A DNA stretch of 64,000 nt from an uncultured Gemmatimonadales bacterium (GTDB lineage Bacteria; Gemmatimonadota; Gemmatimonadetes; Gemmatimonadales; GWC2-71-9): the NCBI GenBank assembly GCA_963771275.1, contig CAVYSW010000010.1, positions 128,001 to 192,000 of the forward strand, written 5' to 3'. The translations under genes were made by a program, and so were the position numbers. Positions 27,946 to 40,000 of the stretch are shown piece after piece. The notes beneath the pieces were generated by a model. The model searched no databases and was not told where the DNA came from. It saw nothing but the letters and a program-made list of their open reading frames with translations. How positions within the stretch are numbered: the stretch's first letter is position 1; every line of letters starts with the position of its first letter.

Positions 27946-28761
27946 CTAGGTCCCGCTTGCCGAGAGCAGGACGCTGTACTCGCGCAGCGTGCCCCCACAC
28001 TGCAGGGCAAACGCGCCACTCAGGCTCAGGCCGCCGCCCAGCGCCTCACCCCGCAGGCTCAGCGCGCGGTAGACAGTGCAGCCCGCTGGCACCGGCGGAG
28101 CGCCGGTCACGCTCAGGTCGCCGTCAACCGTGAGGAATCCGGACAGCGACTGGGTCGGCTGCAGCACGCACGAACCCTGTGCTTCGAGCGTGTATGCGCC
28201 CGCGACTTCGCCATGGGCCAATGTGTCGAGCGAGACCGTCACGGGACACGAGATCTGCAGTCCGGGAACGATCGTGGTCCAAGTGCCGGTGTAGGTCCCC
28301 AGCACGTCGGGATACGGCGGCAGTGGGTCGCCCGCCGTGCTGCCGGAGAAGCCGAGCGTCCACACGTGGTCTTCCGGACAGCGGTACGTGTACCGTGCCG
28401 ACAGCGTGATGCTGCCGTCCCGCACGGTCCCCCGAAGTCCGGTGTTCGGCTCCTTCAGGGTGCACAGGTTGGGCTCGACGAGCTCCGCCAGCGCCTGGAC
28501 GGTCCGGTCGCCACGCACCACGCCCGAGCCCGATATCGCCACGCCGTTGCAGGCCAATCCGCCGGTGCCGTTCCGCCGGCGAATCTCGACGGCCGTGCGA
28601 AACACGCTGTCGGTCTGATCGCTGATGGTGAGCGCCGCGGGGCACGCCGCGACGGCGCCCTCCACGGCCAGGCTCCACGTGCCGAGGTACACGGCCTCGA
28701 TATCGGGGATCGGGCCGGGAGCCTGATCCCCGCAGGCCGCGAGGATCACGAACGCGCCCAC
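27946..28761 (-). CDS. Hypothetical Cys-rich lipoprotein with internal duplication
   Basis: Lipobox ILAA-C; two similar beta-rich halves (YLGTWSL..ACP / VLGTYTGTW..SCP). Start uncertain. Confidence 0.55.
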   Translation of the reverse strand: MGAFVILAACGDQAPGPIPDIEAVYLGTWSLAVEGAVAACPAALTISDQTDSVFRTAVEIRRRNGTGGLACNGVAISGSGVVRGDRTVQALAELVEPNLCTLKEPNTGLRGTVRDGSITLSARYTYRCPEDHVWTLGFSGSTAGDPLPPYPDVLGTYTGTWTTIVPGLQISCPVTVSLDTLAHGEVAGAYTLEAQGSCVLQPTQSLSGFLTVDGDLSVTGAPPVPAGCTVYRALSLRGEALGGGLSLSGAFALQCGGTLREYSVLLSASGT

Positions 28762-28838
28762 CGGCGCTGCCGAGCGGAACAGGGCCAGGAAGCGCGGCGC
28801 GTTCTGCGCCGCGGCGCCGCGGGGTCGGGCGTCGCCGC

Positions 28839-30626
28839 TCAGCGTAGCTGCACCGTCCTGCTGACCGTTCCGCCCTTCAGCGCCGAGTAACGCACCGTGA
28901 TCGGTCCGGGGCCGCGCACCAGGTACTCGATGGTCCTGGTGGTCCGCCCGGGATGCCCGCTGCGGATCAGGATCCGCTTCAGGTCCTTCTGGTCGATGAT
29001 CTCCGTCGGCCCGGGGCGGAACCGATCGGCGACCCAGCCGGCCGCGATGATCTCGACGTCGCCGTCCACCATCAGCAGGTCAGGACGTACGGCGTTGTTG
29101 CGCCGTCCGCGCTCGGTGATCGTGGGAATCAGGTGCTCGTTGGTGATGTCCACGCGCACCCGGAACGTGTTCCCACCCATCCGCTCCGCGGTCGCCGCAC
29201 CCATCGCCATGCGCGGCATCTGGCTGGCGTGGTACAGCGTGAACGCCATGTTCCGGTGGAACAGCTCCATGCTCATGAACCGGGGGTTCACGCGGCCCGA
29301 GAGCTTCTTCCACCCGCCCAGCTCGACCGCGCCATACTGCGGGTGGTCGAACGGCTTCCATTCCACGAATGCGTCGCCCAGCTCCAGGAAGTCGTCGAAG
29401 AAATAGCGCGACTTCTGCCCCGAAATGGGCGAGGCCGGGTCCTGCTGCTGCTTCTGGAGCAGCGGGCTGCTGAAGTACTGGCCGGCGTTCCACAGCTCGT
29501 TCGAGAACGACACGATGCCCAGCCCGTCGTTGGTCCAGTCGATCGACCCGCCGTGCACCGTGTACAGCCCGCGCCAGATCACGAGGTAATCATAGTAGGG
29601 GAGGATCCGCTCGCCGTTCTCGCCGATTTCGTCGTACACCCGGATGTCCGACGGGGGATAATCACCATACCAGGCGGCGCCGGGCCCACGGAGGATCATG
29701 CCGCCGGAGTTATGGTACGACTGCATGCCGGCGATGTTCGGATGGGTCATCATGAAGTCGTTCAGCGCACGGGCTTCCGGCAGCTGGAACGGGTAGTCCA
29801 TCGACCCGCCCTGGATGTAGTTCGGCTGCCAGTCGGCGGCGTAGTTCCGGTTGGGATCGTAGCCGCCCACCGGATCCTCGTTGACCCTCCCGTCGCCGTC
29901 GTTGTCGATGCCCTCGCTGCCGAGCAGCACCCAGTCGCCCTTCTCCCCCGGCGGGACGCGCTCCAAGATGCGGGGATCGTCGTGGCTGATGCGGTAGTCT
30001 CCCTGGCCGGGGACGTACTTCCGGATCTGCTCGATCAGCCCGTTGCCGTTCAGGTCGTCCGGGCCGTCTTCGTCCGCCACGCCGTCGCCGTCATCGTCCA
30101 CGGGCAGGTGACCGCTGCGCGCCGCCGCGCCGGCCTCGGTGAGGAAATAGTCCCGCCCGTCCGGGTTCACCGTCGGCACGATGTGGAACACCCGCTCGTC
30201 CACCAGCTTCGTGACGTCGTCGATGCGGCCGTAGTTCTCCATCAGGTACCAGATCGTGTAGAGCGTGATCTCCGCGCCCTGGATCTCGTTGCCGTGCACG
30301 TTGGCCTCGATGTACATCGCGGCCTTGTCCATCTCGTTCCCCGTGCGCGGGTTGTTGATCGTCATCACCCACATGTCGCGGCCGTCGTAGCTCTTGCCGA
30401 CCGACTGCAATGTGAGGAACTGCGGCCAGGTCCGCTCCATGAGCTTGAGCCGCTCGCCGATCTCCTTGTGATCCAGCCAGCGGTCCCAGGTGAGCGGGAG
30501 CGTGTGCTCCGGATCTGAGCCGCGCTTCTCCTGCGCCGACAGCCCCGGGACCGCCAGGATCGAAGCCGCGACGAGCCAGAGCGCCGTGAGGCCTCGCGCC
30601 GTGTCGTTCATCGTCATGCGCGTCAT
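28839..30626 (-). CDS. Secreted M14 zinc carboxypeptidase (catalytic motifs intact)
   Basis: Signal peptide; HGNE Zn motif, NPDGR, DPNRNY, SYHNS, FSNELW; DxDxDG loops. Confidence 0.88.
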   Translation of the reverse strand: MTRMTMNDTARGLTALWLVAASILAVPGLSAQEKRGSDPEHTLPLTWDRWLDHKEIGERLKLMERTWPQFLTLQSVGKSYDGRDMWVMTINNPRTGNEMDKAAMYIEANVHGNEIQGAEITLYTIWYLMENYGRIDDVTKLVDERVFHIVPTVNPDGRDYFLTEAGAAARSGHLPVDDDGDGVADEDGPDDLNGNGLIEQIRKYVPGQGDYRISHDDPRILERVPPGEKGDWVLLGSEGIDNDGDGRVNEDPVGGYDPNRNYAADWQPNYIQGGSMDYPFQLPEARALNDFMMTHPNIAGMQSYHNSGGMILRGPGAAWYGDYPPSDIRVYDEIGENGERILPYYDYLVIWRGLYTVHGGSIDWTNDGLGIVSFSNELWNAGQYFSSPLLQKQQQDPASPISGQKSRYFFDDFLELGDAFVEWKPFDHPQYGAVELGGWKKLSGRVNPRFMSMELFHRNMAFTLYHASQMPRMAMGAATAERMGGNTFRVRVDITNEHLIPTITERGRRNNAVRPDLLMVDGDVEIIAAGWVADRFRPGPTEIIDQKDLKRILIRSGHPGRTTRTIEYLVRGPGPITVRYSALKGGTVSRTVQLR

Positions 30627-30631
30627 GGCAT

Positions 30632-32554
30632 CTACCTCAGCGTCACGGTGGCGGTGGCGGTCCCACCCTTCTGGGACAGGACGCGGATCTCGACCGGCGT
30701 GCCGGGCTTCCCCTGGATCACCCAGCGGAGTTGCCGGCGGCCGCCGGAACCCTCCAGCTGCTGGAGCGTGCTGGTCTTCGCCGCGCCAGTCAGCACCGCC
30801 TCCGGCGGCACCTGGATCTGCACGGTGGTCGGCTCCACGGCTTGGGCGACGATGCCATGCTGCAGGGCCGTCGGGAAGTAGCCGGTGTTCTCCACGTCGG
30901 CCACGACGCTGAACACGCCGCCGCCGTGGTTCGTTACCGCGGTCTTGGCGATTCGCACGCGCGCCAGCATCGAGGCCAGCCGTACCGCGAACGCGCCGTG
31001 CGCCCGGCCTAACGCCGGCAGCTCAGCCGCCGGCGGGTTTGCGACGACGTAGGGGCGGAACCCGCCGATCTCCACCGGACCGAGGTCGGGATCGGTGAAC
31101 GGCGTCCACTGCACGAACGCGTCGATGCCCGCGCTGTCCAGGGCCGCGAGCATCGCGACGTCGGCCCCGGGCTGCGCGGGCCCCGTCCGTCCGCCGGCCG
31201 GTCCCTGCGCCGGTCGGCCGCCGGGTCGATTGGGTGCGCCCGGTGCCGCGCGCGCCCGATCGGCCGGCCGGACATCACCTTCTCCGCCGGGCGTCTTCTG
31301 CGGCAATCCCCAGCCCTGCGTGCTGAACGACGGGACGCCGAACTGGTAGTAGCCGTATTGGAAGAACGCGCCCTCGGCGGTCCGGTTGATCCCCACCCTG
31401 GTGATTCCGGTGATATCCCGGTAGGCCTTCGAGACGGCCTCGAAGTACTTGAGATCCGCCGGATTCACCGTCGTGGCGGGTCGGCGGCCGGACTCGGGGT
31501 CGTTGTCGCGGCCGGGCTGCGCTCCGCGGAGCTGGGGAAGGCCCCCGCCGCGCCCTCCGAAGCCGCCGAACCCCCCGACGCCGCCACGCTGGCCGGCGCC
31601 GAACACTCCCTTGTCGAACACGTCCGCGTTGGACGCGAGCGCGAAGGCCGGCAGATCGAGCACGGTGGCCTCGGCGAGGTTGCCGCGGGCGTCAGGTGCC
31701 GTGACGAGGTTGTCGGAATGGCCGAACGTCAGGATCGCGCCGATGTTGCGGTGCGCGATGACGAAGTCCATCAGGGCGCGACTCTCGGGCTCGCTCACCA
31801 TGTAGGGCCCAGCGTCCCGCTCCCAGTAGGGATAGGCGTGCTGGAAGTTGCGGTCGAGGTCCACGCCGCCGGGGCCGTCCTCGTTGAGGTAGCCGTCGCC
31901 ATCCGAATCCCGCCCCTCGATGTAGAGCTTGTATGCGCCCGCCTCCCCCTGAGCGGGATCGGCCTTCTTCATGAGGCGCGGGTCCTCCGGATGGATCATG
32001 TAGGCGCCGGACGGGTCGAGCTTTCGCATCACTGTGATCAAGCCGTCGCCGTTCAGGTCCTCCGGCGGGTCTTCGTCGATCCGCCCGTCGTTATCATCGT
32101 CGAACGGGCGGGCGTTCCGCCGCTGGACATCCTTGACGCCGCGGAACATCGCCTCGGCGCCGTCGGGGTTGAGCCGGGGCACGACGTAGACGACCCGCTG
32201 CTGCAACACCGCCGCGAGGCTGGAGTCGTCGCTCCCTGGCGAGAGCAGGTAGCGGACGGTTGCGAGCGCCAGCGCGCTCCCCACCAGGTGATCGCCGGAC
32301 AGGTTGCCCACCACCAGCAAGGCGGGGCGAGTGTCCAGGGGCGCACCGGCGGGGTTCGCGATCTCGATGAGCCAGAGGTCCCGCCCCTCGACGGATTTCC
32401 CCAGCGAGCGCATGTGGGCCAGATCGGACCCGCTCACCAGGGAGCGCAGCTCGCTGGTGAGCCCGTTGAAGTCGAGGTAGGACGCCGACTGGGCCTGCAG
32501 GAGTCCCACCGGGCCGATCGTGGCCAGCGCGATGACGCGCGCGGCGAGCTTCAC
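30632..32554 (-). CDS. Secreted M14 peptidase-like protein with degenerate active site
   Basis: GTG 32554 after AAGGAGGAG; LGKSVEGRDLW, PRLNPDGAE, DLDRNF, EPESRAL; Zn motif reads SGDH. Confidence 0.82.
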   Translation of the reverse strand: MKLAARVIALATIGPVGLLQAQSASYLDFNGLTSELRSLVSGSDLAHMRSLGKSVEGRDLWLIEIANPAGAPLDTRPALLVVGNLSGDHLVGSALALATVRYLLSPGSDDSSLAAVLQQRVVYVVPRLNPDGAEAMFRGVKDVQRRNARPFDDDNDGRIDEDPPEDLNGDGLITVMRKLDPSGAYMIHPEDPRLMKKADPAQGEAGAYKLYIEGRDSDGDGYLNEDGPGGVDLDRNFQHAYPYWERDAGPYMVSEPESRALMDFVIAHRNIGAILTFGHSDNLVTAPDARGNLAEATVLDLPAFALASNADVFDKGVFGAGQRGGVGGFGGFGGRGGGLPQLRGAQPGRDNDPESGRRPATTVNPADLKYFEAVSKAYRDITGITRVGINRTAEGAFFQYGYYQFGVPSFSTQGWGLPQKTPGGEGDVRPADRARAAPGAPNRPGGRPAQGPAGGRTGPAQPGADVAMLAALDSAGIDAFVQWTPFTDPDLGPVEIGGFRPYVVANPPAAELPALGRAHGAFAVRLASMLARVRIAKTAVTNHGGGVFSVVADVENTGYFPTALQHGIVAQAVEPTTVQIQVPPEAVLTGAAKTSTLQQLEGSGGRRQLRWVIQGKPGTPVEIRVLSQKGGTATATVTLR

Positions 32555-32748
32555 GTTCTCCTCCTTGGGTGGTGTGACCGTGGCTCTCGATACAGCACAG
32601 CACAACGTGCCCTGCGGGGCGCGTCGGCGCTAGGACGAGTCTTGCGGCCCGCGCCGGAGGCCGCCGGTCGAAGGAGGGGGGCCGGGCGCGTGCCAGCTTG
32701 CAGCGCCGAGCCCGCGGTTCAACGTGGGAATGCGATGGAGGATGCGCC

Positions 32749-33900
<1,152 letters not shown>

Positions 33901-33937
33901 CTATCGCACGGGGCTGGGGATCAGGCGCGGCGGCCTC

Positions 33938-35236
33938 TCAGCCATCGACCCCGAGCACGCTCCGCAGCAGCACGTTCGCGCCGTGCACGATGTCGTCGGG
34001 GCGCGACAGCTCCCTGGGCGAGTGACTGACGCCGCCGACGCTCGGAATGAAGATCATCCCCATCGGACCGAGATGCGCCATGTCCTGCGCATCGTGCCCG
34101 GCGCCACTCGGCAGGTCCTGCGTGGAGAGGCCCAGATCGTGCGCCGCGCGCCGGATCGCGTCCCGCACCGCCGGATCGCTCAGCGCCGGCACGTTTTCCG
34201 AGAGCCGCCGGAACGTGAACGTCGTGCCGTCCACGCGGCTGATCGCGTGGGCTGCAGTCTCGATCCGCTGATACAGCGTCGCGATCTTGGTGGCGTCCAG
34301 GTCGCGCAGCTCGAGGCTCAGCCGTACGAGGCCGGGAATGACGTTGGGTGCGCCGGGTCGGGCCTCGATCCGCCCGACCGTGCCTACCTGGCGTCCCGGC
34401 ACCGACGTGACGATGCGGTTCACCTCCTGGATGAACCGCGCCGCCGAAAGCAGGGCGTCGTGGCGGCGGTCCATCGGCGTCGTCCCGGCGTGGTTCGCCG
34501 CGCCCTCCACCGTCACGTCCCACCAGCCGATCCCGACGATCCCCTCGACCACGCCGATTTGCACGCCGGCACCGTCCAGCACGCCGCCCTGCTCGATGTG
34601 GAGCTCCACGTACGCAGCGATGCTGCCGGGCGCGCGCCGCACGCTGGCCAGCCGGTCGGGATCCCCACCGAGGAACGCGATGCCTTCGCGGATCGTCTTG
34701 CCGCTCTGACTCACCGCATCGAGCCGCGCCGCGGTGAGCCCGCCGACCAGCGCGAGACTCCCGATCAGGCCCCCTTCCTCGTTCTGAAAGATCACGACCT
34801 CGAGCGGGTGCCGCGTACGCACGTCGTGCTCGGCGAGCGCATGCGCCGCCTCGATCGCCGAAAGCGAGCCCACCGGCCCGTCGTAGTCTCCGCCGTTCGG
34901 TACGGAATCGATGTGCGAGCCGAACACGATGGGCGGCAACCCCGCCTCGATTCCCGCCCGCCGCCCGATCAGGTTGCCGGCCGCGTCCGTCTCGACGTCG
35001 AGCCGCGCCGCCCGCATCAGGTCCGCGGCGAATGCCCGGGCGGCGCGGTCCGCGTCGGTGTAGGCGACGCGCTGGGCGCCGGCGTCCGTCCTCCCGATCG
35101 CGCCGAGCGCTCGGAGGTTGGCCAGCAGCCGCTCGCGGTTCACGCCTACGTCGGGAGCCGCCGATCGAGCGGCGCTGGAAAAACCTGACGCGCCCAGCAT
35201 GCCCAGCACGGCGAGATTGAAGTCGCGGCGGTTCAC
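33938..35236 (-). CDS. M20 Zn-dependent amidohydrolase (N-carbamoyl-L-amino acid/allantoate amidohydrolase family) with Tat-like signal
   Basis: GTG 35236 giving MNRRDFNLAVLG; GSHIDSVPNGG.YDG, NEEG, ELHIEQG, NHAGTTPM, SGAGHDAQ, GVSHSP.E. Confidence 0.88.
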   Translation of the reverse strand: MNRRDFNLAVLGMLGASGFSSAARSAAPDVGVNRERLLANLRALGAIGRTDAGAQRVAYTDADRAARAFAADLMRAARLDVETDAAGNLIGRRAGIEAGLPPIVFGSHIDSVPNGGDYDGPVGSLSAIEAAHALAEHDVRTRHPLEVVIFQNEEGGLIGSLALVGGLTAARLDAVSQSGKTIREGIAFLGGDPDRLASVRRAPGSIAAYVELHIEQGGVLDGAGVQIGVVEGIVGIGWWDVTVEGAANHAGTTPMDRRHDALLSAARFIQEVNRIVTSVPGRQVGTVGRIEARPGAPNVIPGLVRLSLELRDLDATKIATLYQRIETAAHAISRVDGTTFTFRRLSENVPALSDPAVRDAIRRAAHDLGLSTQDLPSGAGHDAQDMAHLGPMGMIFIPSVGGVSHSPRELSRPDDIVHGANVLLRSVLGVDG

Positions 35237-35356
35237 GGGCCGACCCCCCTTGGGAATGTGCCTGATGTCCAAGATCATATGGCGCGCGCCGTGGCGCGTT
35301 GCAAGGGCGGGGCGGCCCCGCCTGGTGAGACCACGGCGCGCCCGCCATCTTGGGGC

Positions 35357-36895
35357 GTGCCCTCCACCAGTCCGTTGACGCTCGGTGACCGCGATGACTT
35401 CGCCCGGGTGGCCGACCACCTGCTCGCCGCCACGTACGACGCCCAGACCGTGTGCGGTCGCTTGAGCGTGCCCGATCTGTTCGCGGTGGACGACCTGCCG
35501 CGGGAGGCGATTGCGCTCCCGCCCGCCGCGGACGATCCGCTCGCGTTCCTCGTTCGCACGTTCCTGCTGCTGGAGCCGGCGACCGAGGCCGCGCTCAACG
35601 CTCGGCTCGATGCCGCGACCCGGAGAGCGTTCGAGCGGTTGGGCCTGTTGGTCAGGGATCGAGATCGCGAGAGCTGGTCGGCCGCCGTGCTGCTCTACCC
35701 GGTCGGCCAATTCCACGTCGTGTCGGACCGCCATCGCGGCCCCGACGGGCTGCCGTTCACACCGCCGGCGGATGCCGTATTCCCGGCGCTCTTCCCCGGC
35801 ACGATGCGGTTTCTGCGCCTCTTGCCGGAGGGAGCCTATGACCAGGCGCTCGATCTCGGCGCGGGCACGGGAATCGGCGCCCTCGCGCTGAGCCGGCGCG
35901 TGCGCCGGGCGGTCGCCGCCGACCTCACGGAGCGCGCGACGCACTTCGCGCGGTTCAACCGCCTGCTCAACGCGTGCGACAACGTGGAAGCGGTGACGGG
36001 CGATCTCTACGCACCCGTCGCGGGCCGGACGTTCGACTGCGTCGTGGCCCATCCGCCGTACGTCCCGTCGCCGGACGATGCGTTCGTGTTCCGGGATGGG
36101 GGCCCGACCGGTGAGCGCCTCGTGCGGCGGATGATCGCGGAGCTGCCGGCGGCGCTGCGGCCGGGCGGCGTGTTCTGTGCCGTCTGCGCCGCGTGGGACA
36201 CCGCCGATGGTCCGCTCGAGCAGCGCGTGCGCGGCTGGCTGGGGGCGCACGCGGAGGAGTTCGACCTGCTCGTGGGCGTCGAGACCGAGCTCGACCCCGC
36301 CGACCTTGCGGAGCGACTTGCCACGTCGGCAGACGGAGGAGACCGGGTCGGTGTGGCGCGCTGGGAAGCGCGGTTCCGCGAGGCGGGGCTCAGCGGCTAC
36401 GTGTACGGCGTCCTGGCGTTGGCACGCAGGAGGGGACTTGGGGCGCCGGCGACGCTGCGGACGTGGCTCGGCGCCACCACCCGGGGCTCCGATCTCGAGC
36501 ACACGCTCGCCGGACTCGCGGAACGGGCGACGCAGCTCGCGGCCGGAACCCGGACGCAGGCGCTGGACAAGCTGCGTCCGCGCCCCGCAGCGGCGCTGGG
36601 CGTCCATGTGGAGTATGCCGCCCCGGCGGGGGCGTCGGTGCCGGCCGAGGTCGTTCTGGCGACCCAGGAGCCGTTCCGCAGCCGCACGCGGATCGATCCG
36701 TGGATGTGGGAGCTCGTGTCCGCCTTCGACGGCGCGCATACACCCACGGAGGTCCTGACCGCGCTCCGGGCGCGGCGCGGCGTGCCCGAGGGCTTCACGA
36801 AGCACGACCTCCACCGCTTGGTCGAGCTGTTGCTCGAGCGCGGCTACGTGGAGGGGGCCGACCCACGAAGCGCCGCTCCCCGGCGGTGCGCGTGA
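35357..36895 (+). CDS. Class I SAM-dependent methyltransferase (HemK/MTS-like, HPPY) with C-terminal PqqD/RRE-like winged-helix domain
   Basis: ORF 35258..36895, start uncertain (GTG 35357 chosen). LDLGAGTG, AADL, GDLY.PV, HPPYV, FRDGG..GE; C-terminal LVSAFDG..T..EVL...LVELLLERGYVE. Confidence 0.8.
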   Translation: MPSTSPLTLGDRDDFARVADHLLAATYDAQTVCGRLSVPDLFAVDDLPREAIALPPAADDPLAFLVRTFLLLEPATEAALNARLDAATRRAFERLGLLVRDRDRESWSAAVLLYPVGQFHVVSDRHRGPDGLPFTPPADAVFPALFPGTMRFLRLLPEGAYDQALDLGAGTGIGALALSRRVRRAVAADLTERATHFARFNRLLNACDNVEAVTGDLYAPVAGRTFDCVVAHPPYVPSPDDAFVFRDGGPTGERLVRRMIAELPAALRPGGVFCAVCAAWDTADGPLEQRVRGWLGAHAEEFDLLVGVETELDPADLAERLATSADGGDRVGVARWEARFREAGLSGYVYGVLALARRRGLGAPATLRTWLGATTRGSDLEHTLAGLAERATQLAAGTRTQALDKLRPRPAAALGVHVEYAAPAGASVPAEVVLATQEPFRSRTRIDPWMWELVSAFDGAHTPTEVLTALRARRGVPEGFTKHDLHRLVELLLERGYVEGADPRSAAPRRCA

Positions 36896-37003
36896 GCCTG
36901 CAGCGATTCCCCGGTCCGGCGCGTAGATTCACTGCGCCCGAGGTCCGGCCGCCGGCCGGGCCCCAGCCCGTCCCTTTCATTCCAGTTGGTGAGGCAACCC
37001 GCC

Positions 37004-40000
37004 ATGTCATCCTGTCGATCGTTCGTTGCCACGTGCAGTCTCGCGGCGGCCGTCCTGCTCGCGACCGCCCTCACGCCGAACGCCGCGGTGGCCCAGCGTC
37101 CCGGCAGGGCCCAGGGTGGACCGCCCGGGGCCCAGGCCGGCGCCCGCGGCGACTCCACGCGCGGTCCGCGCGATCCCCTCGGTGCCGCGCTCGGCGGCCT
37201 GCGTCTGCGCTCGATCGGTCCGGCCGTCGTGTCGGGGCGGATCGGCGACATCGCCGTCGACCCCACCGATCACAAGATCTGGTATGTAGGGGTGGCGTCC
37301 GGCGGCCTGTGGAAGACGACCAACGCCGGCACGACGTTCTCGCCGATCTTCGACGGCGAAGGCTCGTATTCCATCGGGACGGTCGTGGTCGACCCGAAGA
37401 ACCCCAACGTCGTCTGGGTGGGCACGGGCGAGAACAATGTGCAGCGCTCGGTGTCGTATGGCGACGGCGTCTACAAGTCGATCGACGGCGGCCGCAGCTG
37501 GCGCAACGTGGGCCTCGGCACGTCCGAGCACATCGGGAAGATCCTCGTCGATCCCCGCAACTCCGACGTGGTGTACGTCGCGGCGCAGGGGCCGCTGTTC
37601 AACAGCGGCGGCGACCGCGGGCTCTACAAGACCACCGACGGTGGCAAGACCTGGAACCGGATCCTCGAGGGCGGTGAGTGGGCGGGGGTGACGGACGTCG
37701 TGATGGATCCGCGGAACCCGGACGTGCTGATCGCGGCGGTCTGGCAGCGCGCCCGCCGGCAGTGGGGGTACATCGCGGGCGGCCCGCAGTCCAGCCTGCA
37801 GCGCTCCACCGACGGTGGCGTCACGTGGACCCGGTCGCAGAGCGGTCTCCCCAGCGAAACGCTCGGTCGCATCGGGCTCGCGATCGCGCCGGCTGACCCG
37901 GACGTGGTCTACGCCATCGTCGAAGCGGCCAACGACCGCGGCGGCTTCTACCGCTCCCGCGACAACGGCGTGAGCTGGGAGCGGATGAGCGACCAGACCA
38001 CCATCGGCCTGTACTACCAGGAGCTGTTCGCCGACCCCGTCAAGGTGGATCGCGTGTACCTGGTGGACGTGCGCAACATGGTGACCGAGGACGGCGGGCG
38101 GACCTTCACGCCCGTGGGCGAGCGCAACAAGCACGTCGACAACCACGTGATCTGGATCGACCCGACCGACACGGACCACCTGATCATCGGCTGCGACGGC
38201 GGCCTGTACCAGACGTTCGACCGCGGCCAGACGTACGACTTCTTCCAGAATCTCCCGCTCGGGCAGTTCTACCGGGTGGATACCGACAACGCGCTGCCGT
38301 TCTACCGGGTGTACGGCGGCACCCAGGACAACAGCTCGGTGGGCGGCCCGTCCCGCACCCGCACCCGCGGCGGCGCCCCGGGCGGCGACTGGTTCCTCAC
38401 CCAGGGCGGCGACGGGTTCCAGTCGCGCGCCGACCCGGCCGATCCCAACACGGTGTACGCCGAGTCGCAGCACGGCGTGCTGTCGCGGTTCAACCTCGCC
38501 ACGGGCGAGGAAGTGAGCATCGTGCCGGAAGCCGAGCCCGGCGAGCCCGGCTTGCGGTGGCACTGGGACACGCCGCTCATCATCAGCCCGTTCTCCCATA
38601 CCCGACTCTACTTCGCGGCGCAGCGCCTGTTCCGGAGCGACGACCGCGGCAACACCTGGCGGGTCGTGAGTCCCGATCTCACCAGGCAGATCGATCGCAA
38701 CAAGCTCAAGCTGATGGGGCAAGTGTGGGGGGTGGACGCCGTCGCGAAGAACACGTCGACGTCGCTCTACGGGACCATCGTCACCATCGCCGAATCACCG
38801 GCCAAGGAAGGCCTGCTGTGGGTCGGCACGGACGACGGCCTGGTGCAGGTGAGCGAGGACGGCGGGGCGCACTGGCGGGCGATCAGCTCTGTGCCGGGCG
38901 TGCCGGACACGACGTTCATCTCGCGCGTGACGCCGTCGATGCACGACGTGAACACCGTCTATGTGGCGTTCGACAACCACAAGGCCGGCGACTACAAGCC
39001 GTACATCGCGAAGAGCACGGACCTTGGCCGCACGTGGAAGCTGATCACCGGTGGCCTGCCCGAGCGCGGCTCGGTGTACGTCGTGATCGAGGACCACAAG
39101 GACCTCAACCTGCTGTTCGCCGGCACCGAGTTCGGGCTGTTCGTCTCCCGGAACGGCGGCGAGCGATGGACGCGGCTGCGCGCCGGGCTACCCACCATCA
39201 TGGTCCGCGACCTCACCATCCAGAAGCGCGAGGACGATTTGGTGGTCGCCACATTCGGCCGCGGGTTCTACATCCTGGACGACCTGTCGTCCCTGCGGGC
39301 GCTTACACCCCAGACGCTGGCCTCCGCCGGCGGCCTGTTGCCTGTGAAGCGCACGCCGATGTACGTCGAGTCCTCCCCGGCCCCGAATTGGCAGGGCGCG
39401 CGCTTCTATGCCGGCAGCAACCCCCCGTCCGGCGCCGTCTTCACCTACTACCTGAAGGACGCGGTCCGCACGCGAAAAGAGCAGCGCCAGCAGGCCGAGC
39501 GTGCTGCCGAACGGCGGGGCGAGGACGTGTTCTACCCGCCGTGGGACTCGCTCAAGGCCGAAGACCGTGAGGAGGCCCCCACAGTGATTCTCACGGTCAC
39601 GGACCCTGAAGGGAGGGTGGTGCGACGCGTCACCGGCCCGACATCGGCCGGAACGCACCGGGTGACGTGGGACCTGCGCTATCCGGCGGCCACGCCGGTC
39701 ACGGCCCCACGCGCTGGCGGCGGTGGCTTCGGTGGTGGGGGCGGCTTCGGGTTTGGGGGCGGTGCGGGGCCGCTGGTCGTGCCCGCCACCTATACCGTCT
39801 CGCTCGCCAAGCGGGTGGACGGCGTCGAGAGCCCGGTCGGTCAGCCGCAGAAGTTCGAGGTCTATCTACTCGACCAGACTACCACACCGCGCTCGCCCGC
39901 CGTGCTGGCGTTTCAGGAGAAGTCGGCGGCGCTCCAGCGCGCGGTGCTCGGCGCCAACGCCGCAGCGGGCGAGGCGATGAGCCGCGTCCAACTGCTCAAG

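Noticed and set aside
33938..36814. 958-aa ORF
   Set aside because: The N-terminal 526 codons are antisense to the methyltransferase; the real gene starts near 35236.
39715..39770. GGGGFGGGGGFGFGGG low-complexity tract (similar one near 31545-31600)
   Set aside because: Gly/Phe-rich linkers inside secreted enzymes; no evidence of an independent element.
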